Assembly: GCA_026770705.1 (NCBI GenBank)
Contig: JANJGN010000038.1
Location: 11,532,001-11,596,000 of the forward strand
Origin: Isurus oxyrinchus
Taxonomy: Eukaryota
Length of the DNA stretch: 64,000 nt
Direction: 5' to 3'
How positions within the stretch are numbered: the stretch's first letter is position 1; each line of letters starts with the position of its first letter. Under the pieces are notes generated by a model. The model was given only the letters and a program-made list of their open reading frames with translations, had not been told where the DNA came from and ran no database searches. This document shows positions 24,681 to 36,100 of this stretch, one piece after another. Both the position numbers and the translations under genes were made by a program.

Positions 24681-27600
24681 CCAATTTTGAACACTGTAAT
24701 TTGAGCTTTACCAGCACTGGCTCGTTGGATATGTTCTGTATTTTGCCCGTTTCGAGGTTCAGCCAGCATCAACATTTGCATGATTTACGTCATTTAGAAA
24801 CATTGTGTTTCACTTTCTTACCGCTAAATTGCACGACTTCACATTTCTGCACTTTGTACTCCGATAGAAATTCCACTCCCTTAACCTTTCGACATCAATT
24901 TTCAGCCTCCTTGCGATCTCCTCACAGCTTGCACCCACACCAAGCCTTGAATCGTCAGCAACTCAATTATTTTCCAGGTCTTTTCCTAAGTGATTAAAGC
25001 AAATTGTAGCAGAGGCCATCATTGAAAGTTGTGGCACTCCACTAGTGACAGCCTGCCAGCCTGCCACCCTGAAAATGCCCGGTAGCCATATTATTTGCTT
25101 CCTCGACATTGACCGATCTTCTACCCATGCTAATGTATTCGCTTCAAACCCATGATTCATCATCTTGTGAACTAACCTTTGTGTGGAATCTCAAGGGATT
25201 TAAGTTCGAAATCCAAGTGTACGGCATCAACTGGTGTCAAAATGTGTCAAAAACGATGTCACTATCATAACCCATGAAGATTTCCTCCAATCATAGCATA
25301 AATATCTTAATTAATTGTTCAGAATTCTAAACAATCGATTCCCACAGTTCCTAGCAACCGAAGAAAGGCTCATTGCAATTCTGGTCTACATGTGGCATTT
25401 ATTTTTTACCATTCCTATCTGTTGAAGTGCAAATACTGTCTGTCTCTCCTATTCGAAACATCTTCCTGGAGCTAATCTTTATCAGGTTTTGCAGTCGTCC
25501 ATCTTCAACAGCTTTGTTCCCTCCACAAATTCAGCCATTGTTGTTGTGTCTTTGAGCTTCGGGACATTATCAACTGCATTAAAAAAATAGGTTCAAATAA
25601 GGAGACTCTAGGATATCCACTTTAGGCCAATTCATCTCTGTATCCATGCCGTATAGGCACTATGCATCAACATGCTAGTAACACCTTGTGAAATATATCC
25701 ACCGATTCTAGCAACTGATTCCTAGATGAACTACGTGCAAGGACTGAAAAAGCCAAGTGTATCGCATCCATTAAATGGATCCTACCTGGTGAAGTTGAAT
25801 GGCACAGACTCCCTTTCATGGACATATATCCACTATATATTGAGATTACTTTGCATCCATCTGTTCCATGGCTTTATTTGCAGCAACGGTTGCTCAGGAG
25901 TACACACTCTGAACATCAACTCAATACTTTGTACTTTCCTGGATCAAATTGGCATCTGCTTTCCTGGAGAACCAGCCACTCTTTAATGGTCAGGACTTTC
26001 TCTTTAATTTGTGTGCGGCACCCTGCAATGTGCTTACGTATTTGCATAAGGAAGCTCGATTGAAGTTAACTGGCCACTTAGGTCGACGAATCAGAATTGA
26101 ATATTGGACAGCTGTTCATTAACCATGTTGATCGCAATGTGACCTGAGTCACAACGATTCTCTGACACACTCTAAAACAAGTCATTTTTTTATCCATTAA
26201 ATGCGTGGAGGTGTTTTAAATATCTGCACGAAATTCGCCTATTCCCACGTCTCTATACCTATAAATGTATGTATTTCTGAGTCCCAATTACTGATCATTG
26301 AAAATTTGTCTGTCTCAATATCCCACTCCAATAACATGAAAAAAAATACAATATTAATTTATTGTGCTCCCTTCGGAGACTGTTTATATATGCGAGAGAA
26401 AATGCTGGACACATTTCGTTGACTGGATAACATCTCTGGATTGAGAACAAAAAAACAGGTAACCATTTCAGGTTGATGAGCTATCAACGGAACTTCAAAA
26501 GTGTTAGGGGTGTTTTATGGACGTGCTAATTGGACATCAGTCAACATGCGTGGACTCTTCAGTGGACATATTCGTGAAAAATTCTTCTTGAACATTTAAT
26601 CACTTGAAATTTCCCAATCATCTGCAAATGTTGCGGCATCTATCTCAATGGGCATTCCTTGATTTGTGGAGCATTACCATTCTGGATGACTCCGAGTCTT
26701 AATCTCATTTAAGATCATAATTTCCAACCAATAGTTTGCCTCGGCTTAATCGTCCTACCACATTACAGCACTTCAATCTTGGTCTGAATTAAGTTACTTT
26801 GCCATTTATCCTCATGTTTTTCTGATATTCTTGTATTTGGTCACATTCATCCTTAGCATTAGCAAAACCTCAACCCTTCCTAAGTTAGCATGGTACGCAA
26901 CTTTTTTTATACTATACTTCCCAGCACTGAGATCAGCTCATTCAAGTCCACGGTCGAAAATGGGGGCTAAAGTTTCTATCCCCATGGATTATTACTGCTA
27001 CTTGGCACCCGTAGTAATAACTATATTCAATTCCTGCTCTCTGTATTTCTTTTCTGTTTGTTTTACTTTGGTAGTAGTGGTTAAAAAACCAATGGGAATA
27101 TCTGGACATTTTAAATAAGTTATTCATGGTGACCTGTGTATGCACAAGCTGAACACGTGGTAGAAGCAGACTGGATAATATTTCTTCCAAAAATGAATCA
27201 CTATTCAGAAAGGAAAATAAATTACTATGAGAAAGAGCATTGGAACCGGACAAATGGATTAGCACTTTCAGGAAAAGGAATAATTGGTGTACTGGCCTCC
27301 ATCTGTGCAGTGCAATGCTATGCGTTGTTATCCATTCAGCTACCGCAAAGCTGAAATAAAATGTTAGTAATTTTATCCTCAAATAAATAAACGGCAATAA
27401 AATGGTAGGCAAACGTACACAAGTCAAAAAAGCAACAGCGTAAACGTAACAAAAGACACTGGATGCTGAAGACCTGAATGTTCTGATGAAATGGCGTCGA
27501 CGTGACACCTTGGCTTTCCATCTTTCTCCTCGTGAGTGTTATCTGTTTCTATCTAATAACAGATACTTTCATATGGATAAATTCCAGCTTCATTCCGACA

Positions 27601-27701
27601 TCGCATGATTTTAAATGTATTACATGATTTGTTGTTGTTATTTTTTTTGCTGAGATTAATTGAGGTTCCCATTGGCCAACCCCTCGGTAATATCCGTGTA
27701 G

Positions 27702-27829
27702 ATTCAATAGACCGCATCTGGATTGAAGGCTATGAGGACGATAACGGGAACATCTGGACAATAGCTCCAACATTCATTGCCCTGTTCTTCCTGAGAATTT
27801 TCGACAGCGCTGCCGTCACTCTGGTAAAG
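27702..27829 (+). other. Immunoglobulin heavy-chain transmembrane exon TM1 (IgM-type), orphan, probably degenerate
   Basis: Acceptor gtgtag|at (phase 1), (D)SIDRIWIEGYEDDNGNIWTIAPTFIALFFLRIFDSAAVTLVK, donor aag|gtgaga. It has an acidic spacer and aligns with the IgM TM pattern NLW.TASTFIVLFLLSLFYS..VTL.K. Confidence 0.9.
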
Positions 27830-27976
27830 GTGAGAATATTCAATCCTAGTGGATTGAACACTACAATCTGACAGAAGCGGTTTGAAAACTTTCTAAACAT
27901 CTCAACAATTAAAAACTATAATATGAATGCACCAGATCATAAACATCTGCTTCATTATTTTCTGCCTCTTTTACAG

Positions 27977-27985
27977 ATCAAATGA
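27977..27985 (+). other. Ig heavy-chain TM2 exon (IK-stop; cytoplasmic tail K-I-K)
   Basis: Polypyrimidine tract ttttctgcctcttttacag|ATC AAA TGA, 147 bp after TM1, matching the K|VK* organisation of IgM. Candidate AATAAA at ~28381 and ~28417. Confidence 0.85.
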
Positions 27986-29377
27986 TCGGTTGAATTTGGA
28001 CCCTGTAGCTTTTCCTCAGCTGTGTATTCCAATATAAAATATGTTGTCTTGGTGATTCTAAAAGTGAAATGTCTTCAATTTGTGATCCCAAATCTGTAAC
28101 CGAACCTGTAGCAGTATTTCCTTTTTCATGTATGAAATGTGCGAGATGATAATGGTTGTAATGTAATTGTAGCATCTAATTTCCCTAGAGTTAGGATTTC
28201 AATTGTAATTAAGTAACGTTTTCATTCGTTATTCATTATTGCCCGCTTCCCTTTCCTTTGAGCCACAGTTTTCTCTTTCTGATCTATGTTCCAGTGGTAC
28301 ATACAATTTACCAACTCAGCGTGCATGTGTTCTGTTCCCAACGTGACCTCAGACATTATATTCACTTCTGTTAACTTTAAAATAAACTTTCTTGTGAAAT
28401 ATTCTCTTATATTACTAATAAAGTAGAATGAAAAGTGGACTAACTGTGACTTTGCTGGATTCCTTTCTCCAAGGCCCATTCACACCGCTCCATTTCCCCT
28501 ATTACACATTTCTCCCAGTTTTACCAGTCTTGTCTGGGATCTGTTTGCACCGAAGACCCCATTGGGCCACCCATCGTCCCATCCGTGTAAGGAGACCTTT
28601 ACCTCTGCCTGTTTCTGGCAATTGACTGAGGCGGAATGATTGAACAGGGAAGGTCACCTCGGTGATTTCACTCTGGGTGGTCACAGTCACGTGTCTGGTA
28701 ATTCTAAACTATAGTGTTCGGCTTCATTGGAGGCTGATATAGGACAGGGAATTGGAGCAGAAAACTTCCTTTAAAATACCCCATCAAACACGCCCACCGT
28801 TGGTGCAATCAGGGTCAGAAAAAGGGTAAAGATCCCTCTGCATTGTCCGTTTAAACACTTTGAAGTTGGGATGCCACAAGCTAGATATATAACACAGGCA
28901 GAATATGGAGCACAAACCAAGGGATGTTTCCAGGGACTGGGGCGTGTCTGGCACTGATATATTATTAAGTACACATCCTGCAAATTATTACAGAGCTTTA
29001 GGTCTATTCGACATACTGGGGGTCAGAACCGTGAAAATATTCAAAGGTGGGGTCAAACTTTATGCTGTAAGTAACCATAAACATGGGGCTTGCTCACAGA
29101 TCCTGGGGCCGATCGGATACTGAGACACTGGCTTTGCATTTTCTCTTAAATAAACAAACAGACGTAGCCCGCACCTCGCCCTGGCCCACCCCTTTCCGTT
29201 TAGCATATACATGGTCCTTATTCGGGTAAACACAGGCCGACTCTCCACTTCCACCTTTTCTGTTAAATCCATTAGGGCTGTCATTCGCCCTTCTGCTGTG
29301 ATAATGAACTGTATTCCTGATCAGCTCATTCCTACTAATACCATCTCCCTGAACTCGCTGAACATCACCCCAGGGAT

Positions 29378-29585
29378 AAACACAGAAAACGCTGAAATTA
29401 TCAGCAGGTCTGATAGAATCTGTGGAGACAGAAACAGAGTGGTCTTCTCGAGTCGTTATGACCCTTCTTCAGATGGACTCGAAACATCAACTCTGTTTCT
29501 CTCTCCTCAGATGCTGTTAGGCCTGATGAGTTTTTCCAGCAATTTTTGTTTTTGTTTCAGATTTCCAGCATCCGTGGTATTTTGC
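29378..29585. repeat. Head-to-head inverted pair of a short Penelope-derived repeat (hairpin-forming)
   Basis: cagaaaacgctgaaattatcagcaggtctg..atctgtggagacagaaacagagt is the reverse complement of actctgtttctctctcctcagatgctgttaggcctgatgagtttttccagcaattttt. Confidence 0.75.
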
Positions 29586-29929
29586 ATTTATCACCACAGG
29601 GATTTCGTTCTACCTGCTTCATCGTTTCGTCAGACGATACTTCAGAGCCTCCCGATCACGGGAATAACAGCAGAAGTTTCTCTTCATATCCCACTATCTT
29701 CCAATGTTTTCCTTCTGAAACAGAGCCACTTTTATCTAATGCCCCAGAGTTCAGGCACGAGGTTCCTTGTTGTTGAATATAGGAAGGGTTAGGCAGAGAA
29801 AAATTACCAACACATCTTCAAGACTCGGAATGATATTTATGAATGAGTGAAGTTAATGCTTAAACCCTTTCTATCTCCAAATCTCTCTCCCTTCCTCTAC
29901 TGCAATGGCATTCAGGGCATCTGAATCAA

Positions 29930-30170
29930 CAACAGAAAAGGTTCCAAAAACTCAAAGGTTCTTAAAGCATCTGTGGAGAAAAATATAGAGTTAACATTTT
30001 GAGCCTGCATGATTCTACTTCAGAGTCTTCTTATCTAAATAAAAGTCGGACAGACTCGAAACGTTAATCCCATCTTTCTCTCCAAAGGTGCTGTTGGACT
30101 TGCTGTGTTTTTCCAGCATTTTCTGTTTTAGTTTTAGATTTCCAGAAACTGAAGCAATATTTTGCTTTTT
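29930..30170. repeat. Second inverted pair of the same short repeat
   Basis: gcatctgtggagaaaaatatagagttaacattttgag is inverted relative to ctcgaaacgttaatcccatctttctctccaaaggtgc. Confidence 0.65.
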
Positions 30171-30219
30171 CCATTCAGGACTTCCCTTGTCTGGTGGCTG
30201 CATTTTTCTTTCACCGCTG

Positions 30220-30655
30220 CCATTGCACATGGGATTGGGGATGATGTATTGAGATGGATAGAAAACTGGTTGTCAGACAGGAAATAAAGAGTAGGAAGAA
30301 ACTGTTCTTTTTCTGAATGGCAGGCAGTGACTAGTGGGCTACCGCAGTGATCTGTGCTGGGACTACAGCTATTCACAATATATATTAATCAATTAGATGC
30401 GGAAGCTAAATGTAATATCTCCAAATTTGCAGATGACACAAAGCTGGGTGGGAGGGTGAGCACTGAGGAGGATGCAGACATGCTTCAGTGTGATTTGGAC
30501 AAGCTGAGTGAGTAGGCAAATGCATGGCAGATGCAATATAACGTGGATTATTGTGGGGTTATCCGTTTTGGTAGCAAAAACAGTAAGGCGGATTATTTTC
30601 TGAATGACTATAAATTGAGAGAGGGGAATGTGCAACGGGACTTGGGTGTCCTTGT
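30220..30655 (+). mobile_element. CR1-type LINE RT fragment
   Basis: HGIGDDVLRWIENWL...VTSGLPQ...LFTIYIN...ISKFADDTKLGG. Confidence 0.9.
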
Positions 30656-31254
30656 TGTTTCAGCAGAATGGATGTGTGAGTGAATCACTTGTAGCCACCG
30701 GAGCAACTGAACAACTGCTTCACAGTGGGAACAGACAATTAGAGTTTCGGCGGATCCATTCTTTCTTCTGTTGTTCGTCCAGGGCTGTAAACATCATCCC
30801 AGGCATTTTCTGCTATGCCCCCGCCCCCTCCACACCGACAGGGAGATCCTGGTGTATTGGTAATGTCACAATGCGGATAAGCTAAAAAGACTGAAGAAAT
30901 GTTCAAACCCCGTTACAGCAACTGGCTGAATTTCCGTCAAAAAATCAGGAGTTGAAACCCTTTCACGAATGGGGATGATTTTGGTCTAAATATGAAATCT
31001 CTGGTAATCTGCAAGAATTCCCCACATTCAGGCGGCTCCACGTGATTCCATACTCACAGCAATGTGGCTGGTCCTGAAATAGTCTGGACACCGTGAGTTA
31101 TATCAAACCGCTGCAGACAAGCCAAACCAGATGGAGCACTTCTCTTCAAGAACGTCCCCACCAACACCTTCCCCAGGGAAATGAGGGATGGCAATAAACA
31201 CTGGCTTTGTCCACAATGCTCCCTTCAAATAAACAATGCAAAAAAAATCCAAAC

Positions 31255-32285
31255 CTATTGCATGGAAACAGAGGAACAGGAGAATGCCATTCAGCCCATC
31301 GAACCTGTCCCACCTTTCATTGTGATCATGGATGATCTTCCACTTCAACATCTTTTTCCCGCACTATCCCCATACCTTTTATATCTTTGGTATTTAGAAA
31401 TCTGCCATTATCTGCTTTAAACATACTCAATGATAGAACTTCCACAGCTCTCTGGGATGCAGAATTCCAAAGGTTTGCAAACTTCTGAGTAAAAAAGCAA
31501 TTCTCCTCATGTCAGTCGTAGTGGCTTTCCACTTATTTTGAAATTGTGTCCCCTGGTTCTAGAATCCCCAACCAGGAGAAACATCTGACCTGCGTTTACA
31601 ATTTCTTCCGTTCAGGTGTTTTGTTTGTGTTGATGAGATGTTTTTGCTCATTTTTCGAAAATCTAGAGAATACAGGTCCAGTGTCCCCAATCCTTCTTCA
31701 CAGGATAGTCACACCATCCCTGATGCAAGTCTGGTGAGCCTTCGATTCACTCCCTCAATGACAATTACACCCTTCCGAAGGTAAGGGGGCCACACCTGCA
31801 CATTGTACCCGAGGAGTGGCCTAACCAAGATTATATACAAAAGAAACGAGACTTCGCTACTGCTGTATCCAAATCCTCTTGTGATAAAGACTGACATTCC
31901 ATTCGCCTTCCTAATTGCTTCATATGTATGTGAGGTTTCAGAGACTTATTGATGAGGGCACCCAGGCCCCCTTGCACAGCTACATTTTCTTGGATCTGAC
32001 GTTTTATGAAATAATCTGCACATCTGTTGATCATACCAAACTGGTTAACCTCACATTCTTCCAGGTTAAATTTAATCTTTTCTGTTCTGTCCCCATCACT
32101 AAGTCAGTCCAAATCGCCTTGAAACTGCTTTTCACCTTCCTCACAACACACGTTCCCATCAAGCTTTGTGTCATCCTCCAACTTGGAAATATTAATTTGA
32201 CGCACACATCCAAATCATTGATATGTTGTGAACAGCTGGCTCTCAAGTGGTGTTCCTTGCAGTACCCCACTGGCCACATGCTGAC
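31255..32285 (-). mobile_element. CR1-type LINE 3' fragment
   Basis: Minus LVRPLLGYNVQVWPPYLRK, INDLD and the CR1 3' tail at ~31260-31330. Confidence 0.85.
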
Positions 32286-33186
32286 AAAGTTTGATATTTC
32301 ACTCTAAACACCCCCCCCCCCACCCCAGCACCACAAACCCCACAACAAAAAAGCCCCCACTTAGGCCGCCAGCCCCCCTCACCCCACACCTCACACTTTG
32401 AAATGACATGCTTCAGTTACTGCTGCAGCAGGAGGAAGCCTTTGGATCACCTAAGAGTGCCACAACACTGATGGAAGCCCTTGAAGCATTCGTCTGTTTC
32501 TCGCTACACAAAGGTAGCGAGGGCTGCTGATTATTCCCAGCATTTCTGTTTTTTTTTCAGATCCGAGCACATTGCACCCCCCCCCTCTCTCTCCTCTCCT
32601 GAACATCCTTTTTCAGGCTGGGTTCAGAGTGACATTTGAATTGACGAATTTCACTGGAACATAACTTATGCAGTGGAAATACACCATTATTTGAAACGAG
32701 GAGACTTGCCGCTCCGAGGTTCTGTAACTGTTCAGCTCTAAAAACACTGGAATAAAATCACAGAAAGAATTTGAAAAGCTAACATCACTGACCTTCGAAC
32801 CTCTAGAAAACACCGTCCCATCTGCAGATTGGTCCGAAATGTTTTGAACAAGGTTTCCCTGTGATACTGCAGCATGTCCGCCCCTGGACTGTAACCTGCC
32901 TGAGTGGCTTTTTCCTCCAAAACCCCTTTGCGTAATGACATGAAACTCGAGCCTGGTGGGTGGGAATTTCACACACCATGCCCAAGGACAACAGGAGAGT
33001 TGGAATAGCCTGAAAACCAGCAGGACAAACAGGACTGAGGTAAATTACTTCCCAAATGCACCGTTTCTGTTAGTCATTGAATCCTGGCGGTGAAAGATGA
33101 AAACTGGCCTCACCCTGTGCTCATCACCGAGGTGAAGAGATTGGGAATAAAACAGGGTCAACTCGTATTGATAATGGATATTCTTG

Positions 33187-36100
33187 TCACTGTTTAATAA
33201 ATTTAACAATTACAGAAAAGGGATATTTCACCACATTCTTCAATTGCTGAATTGAGTCTGGGTCACTGCATAAATGGCCGTGTTAGTGCAACAACTTAGG
33301 AGCTGAATTTAAATCCCAGTTCCTGCACAAACCTAGGAAGGTATACAGGAATAGCATCTAACAAATATAGTCTATTACAAACAAAATGTATCATAAAAAC
33401 TACCCACAACAGGATAAAATTCCCCGATAAAGCAAATAGTAAAATGATGGATTTCCTGCGTTTCTCCATCTGTGGGTCCCTGGGTCTCTCCCCACTGCAG
33501 TGAGCCCGGAGTCTCCTGCGGCCTCTGCTCAACACTAAAATATATCTGACAGTTAAAGCGTTCAACATCAAAATCAAAACAAGTGGCGCAAATGGTGTTA
33601 AAATATAATGAAGACATTCGATTGTTGCCCACATTGATGAGAATTCAGCATCCGTCACTAATGTGCAAAACCAAGGAGCATTGGAAAGCGAATATTGACC
33701 TACATACATAAAGTACCAGAATGTATCCTTCACACAGAATAGCAGACTGACTGTTCCGAGAACCACAGCCGCCACATGCTCTGTGCAATATTTTTTTTCA
33801 ACTTCTGGGAACAAATAGCCAGAAATCTATCAAAGGTGAAAGAGACTGTGAACCAGACAGAACAATCTGTGGCCGCATAAAGCAGGACTGCATGGATATT
33901 ATACACTTTAAACCTCGACAAGAACTGAAACTGAGCCCAGTAAATAATAGCAATTTGCCTGAATATGAGATCAAGGATAACGACCAGTAGATCCGCGGTT
34001 GCCATGGACACCAGGTGAAGGGAAAGACATTTTGAGAGACCGCACCTTCCCGGAGACAGTGTCACAATAGTCAGTATGTTCACTGTAAGGAAGAGAAAGG
34101 CAGGATAGTTATTGTTTAACTTAGAGCAACGGTTACAGACTGATGGAGTGACATTTGAACAGAGTTATCCAAGGTCAGAATCTAATTACTTTACCAGTGC
34201 TTCAGCTTTATGCTGGAGGGAGTGTTTCGAGTTAAACACCATCCTGTTGTAGCAGGAAACCAAATCCTGCAGCAGGTCCCATCGCCACTTCCCTAAATTA
34301 TTCATGGAATTCGGAGTGAAAATCATTCACCCCATTACTAGTCCTGCTCAATATCCCATGAACATGCTGCAAACTGCATCACAACGATATGTAAGATGGG
34401 CTGTGATTTGTACTGAAGGAAAATGGTTCATTTGTTTTTGAGAAGACATTTGAGTGGAACATTAAGGTTGTGTAAAGAAGTAAATACAGATTTGAATTCA
34501 GAAATTGTATTTCAAATCAGGATGTCCAAATGTGCCTTGCTGATAATTATTGACTTCGCCAAAAGGCACAATGAACGCTTAGACTGTATCCCAGTAACAA
34601 ATAGACTCTCGAAAATAGATAAAGAACAGGGAGATAAATGGATCGCTAGACTGAAGAAAATAAATTAGAGATTGAATCAGAGCTGGATATTGGCCAACAC
34701 TAAGGAACAGCAGAGAGTGGCAGAACCCAAAATCAGGCTGGCTAGCAGGAGAGAATTTACCAATGGATCGGATATCTGTGTTTTGGGCCAGGAATTAAAT
34801 GGGCCAGTGGTTGGGAAATGAAGTTGTTACATAAGAATGCAAGAACTAGGAGCAAGAGCAAGCCATATTTCCCTTTGGCCAACTCTAATGTTCACTAAGC
34901 CCATGGCCATTCTTCGACCTCTACTTTCCAAAACTATCCCCATTTATCTTAATGGCCTTAGAGCAGAAAGACCTACCGACCAACAGCCCTCGAGAGTTGA
35001 TAATTCCGAAATTTCTCCACTTTCTGAGTGAAGAAGATTCTCTTCATCTCAATTCCAAATGGCCGACATCTTATCTCAGGGATCGAGTTCTCGACTCCCC
35101 ACCTAAGGGAAACATTCTCTCAGCATCCATGCTATGAGGACACTAAATGATTTTCTGTGACACGATGAGATAATCACACATCCTTTCAATTTAAGAAGAT
35201 GCATGTCAAATTTGATTGATGGATTGATTACTTAAGTATATTTTTCCTTAGGCAAGGAGGCCAAAACTGTACACATTAATCGATATGTTTTCTCACCAAT
35301 TACATGCATAATTCTATCAAAAGTTCCTTACTCGAATACAGGGAAGACTGCCATTTATTATCCTATTCACTTGCTATATTGCTGTATCCTAACCTCATTA
35401 CAGCTTTGTTTCAAACATGGAAAAAAGAGCTGAACTCCCGGGGGAAGGTGAGAGTGGCTCCCCTTGACATGAAGGCAACATTTCGCAGAGTGTGGCATCA
35501 AGGGCCCCCAGCAAACCTGGAGTCAATGGGAATCAGGGGGGAAATCTCTGCTGCTTCTAACCATACCTAGCAGAAAGGAAGATGGTTGTGTTTGTTGGGG
35601 GTCGATCATCTCAGCGCTAGGACTTCACTGCAGCATTCCTTCAGGGTACTGTCCTCGGCCCAACCATCTTCAGCTGCTTCATCAATGACCTTCCTTCCAT
35701 CACACAGTCAGAAGTGGGATGTTCGCTACTGATTTCACAATGTTCAGCACCACTAACGACTGGGGTACTGAAGTAGCCCATGCTCAAATGCAGCAAGAGC
35801 TGGACAATTACCAGGCTTGCACTGACATGTGGCAAGTATCTTGTGCACCGCTCAAGTGTCAGGCAATGACCATCTCCAACAAGGGAGAAACCAACCATCG
35901 CCCTTTGTCATTCAATGGCATTAACATCACTGAATCCCCCACTATCAAATCCTGGGGTTTACCATTGACCAGAAACGGAAGTGAACGAGCCATATAAATA
36001 CTATGGCTACAAGAGCAGATCAGAGGCAAGGAATATTGCGACGTGTAACTCACCTCCTCACCGCCAAAGCCTGTCCATCATCTGCAAGGCACAAGTCAGG

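Noticed and set aside
26942-27508. 188-aa hydrophobic minus-strand ORF
   Set aside because: Non-ATG start, AT-rich composition and no recognisable motif; probably a chance ORF.
29211-29792. 193-aa plus-strand ORF
   Set aside because: Reads through an inverted repeat pair; no domain signature.
32617-33040. Acceptor followed by WVQSDI, like an Ig leader/V start, with a downstream donor-like site
   Set aside because: Multiple stops in all frames and no V-domain motifs or RSS.
33791-33798. Homopolymer frameshift as a sequencing error rescuing the minus-strand GPCR
   Set aside because: Two further non-homopolymer frameshifts (~33308, ~33248) still disrupt TM7 and helix 8.
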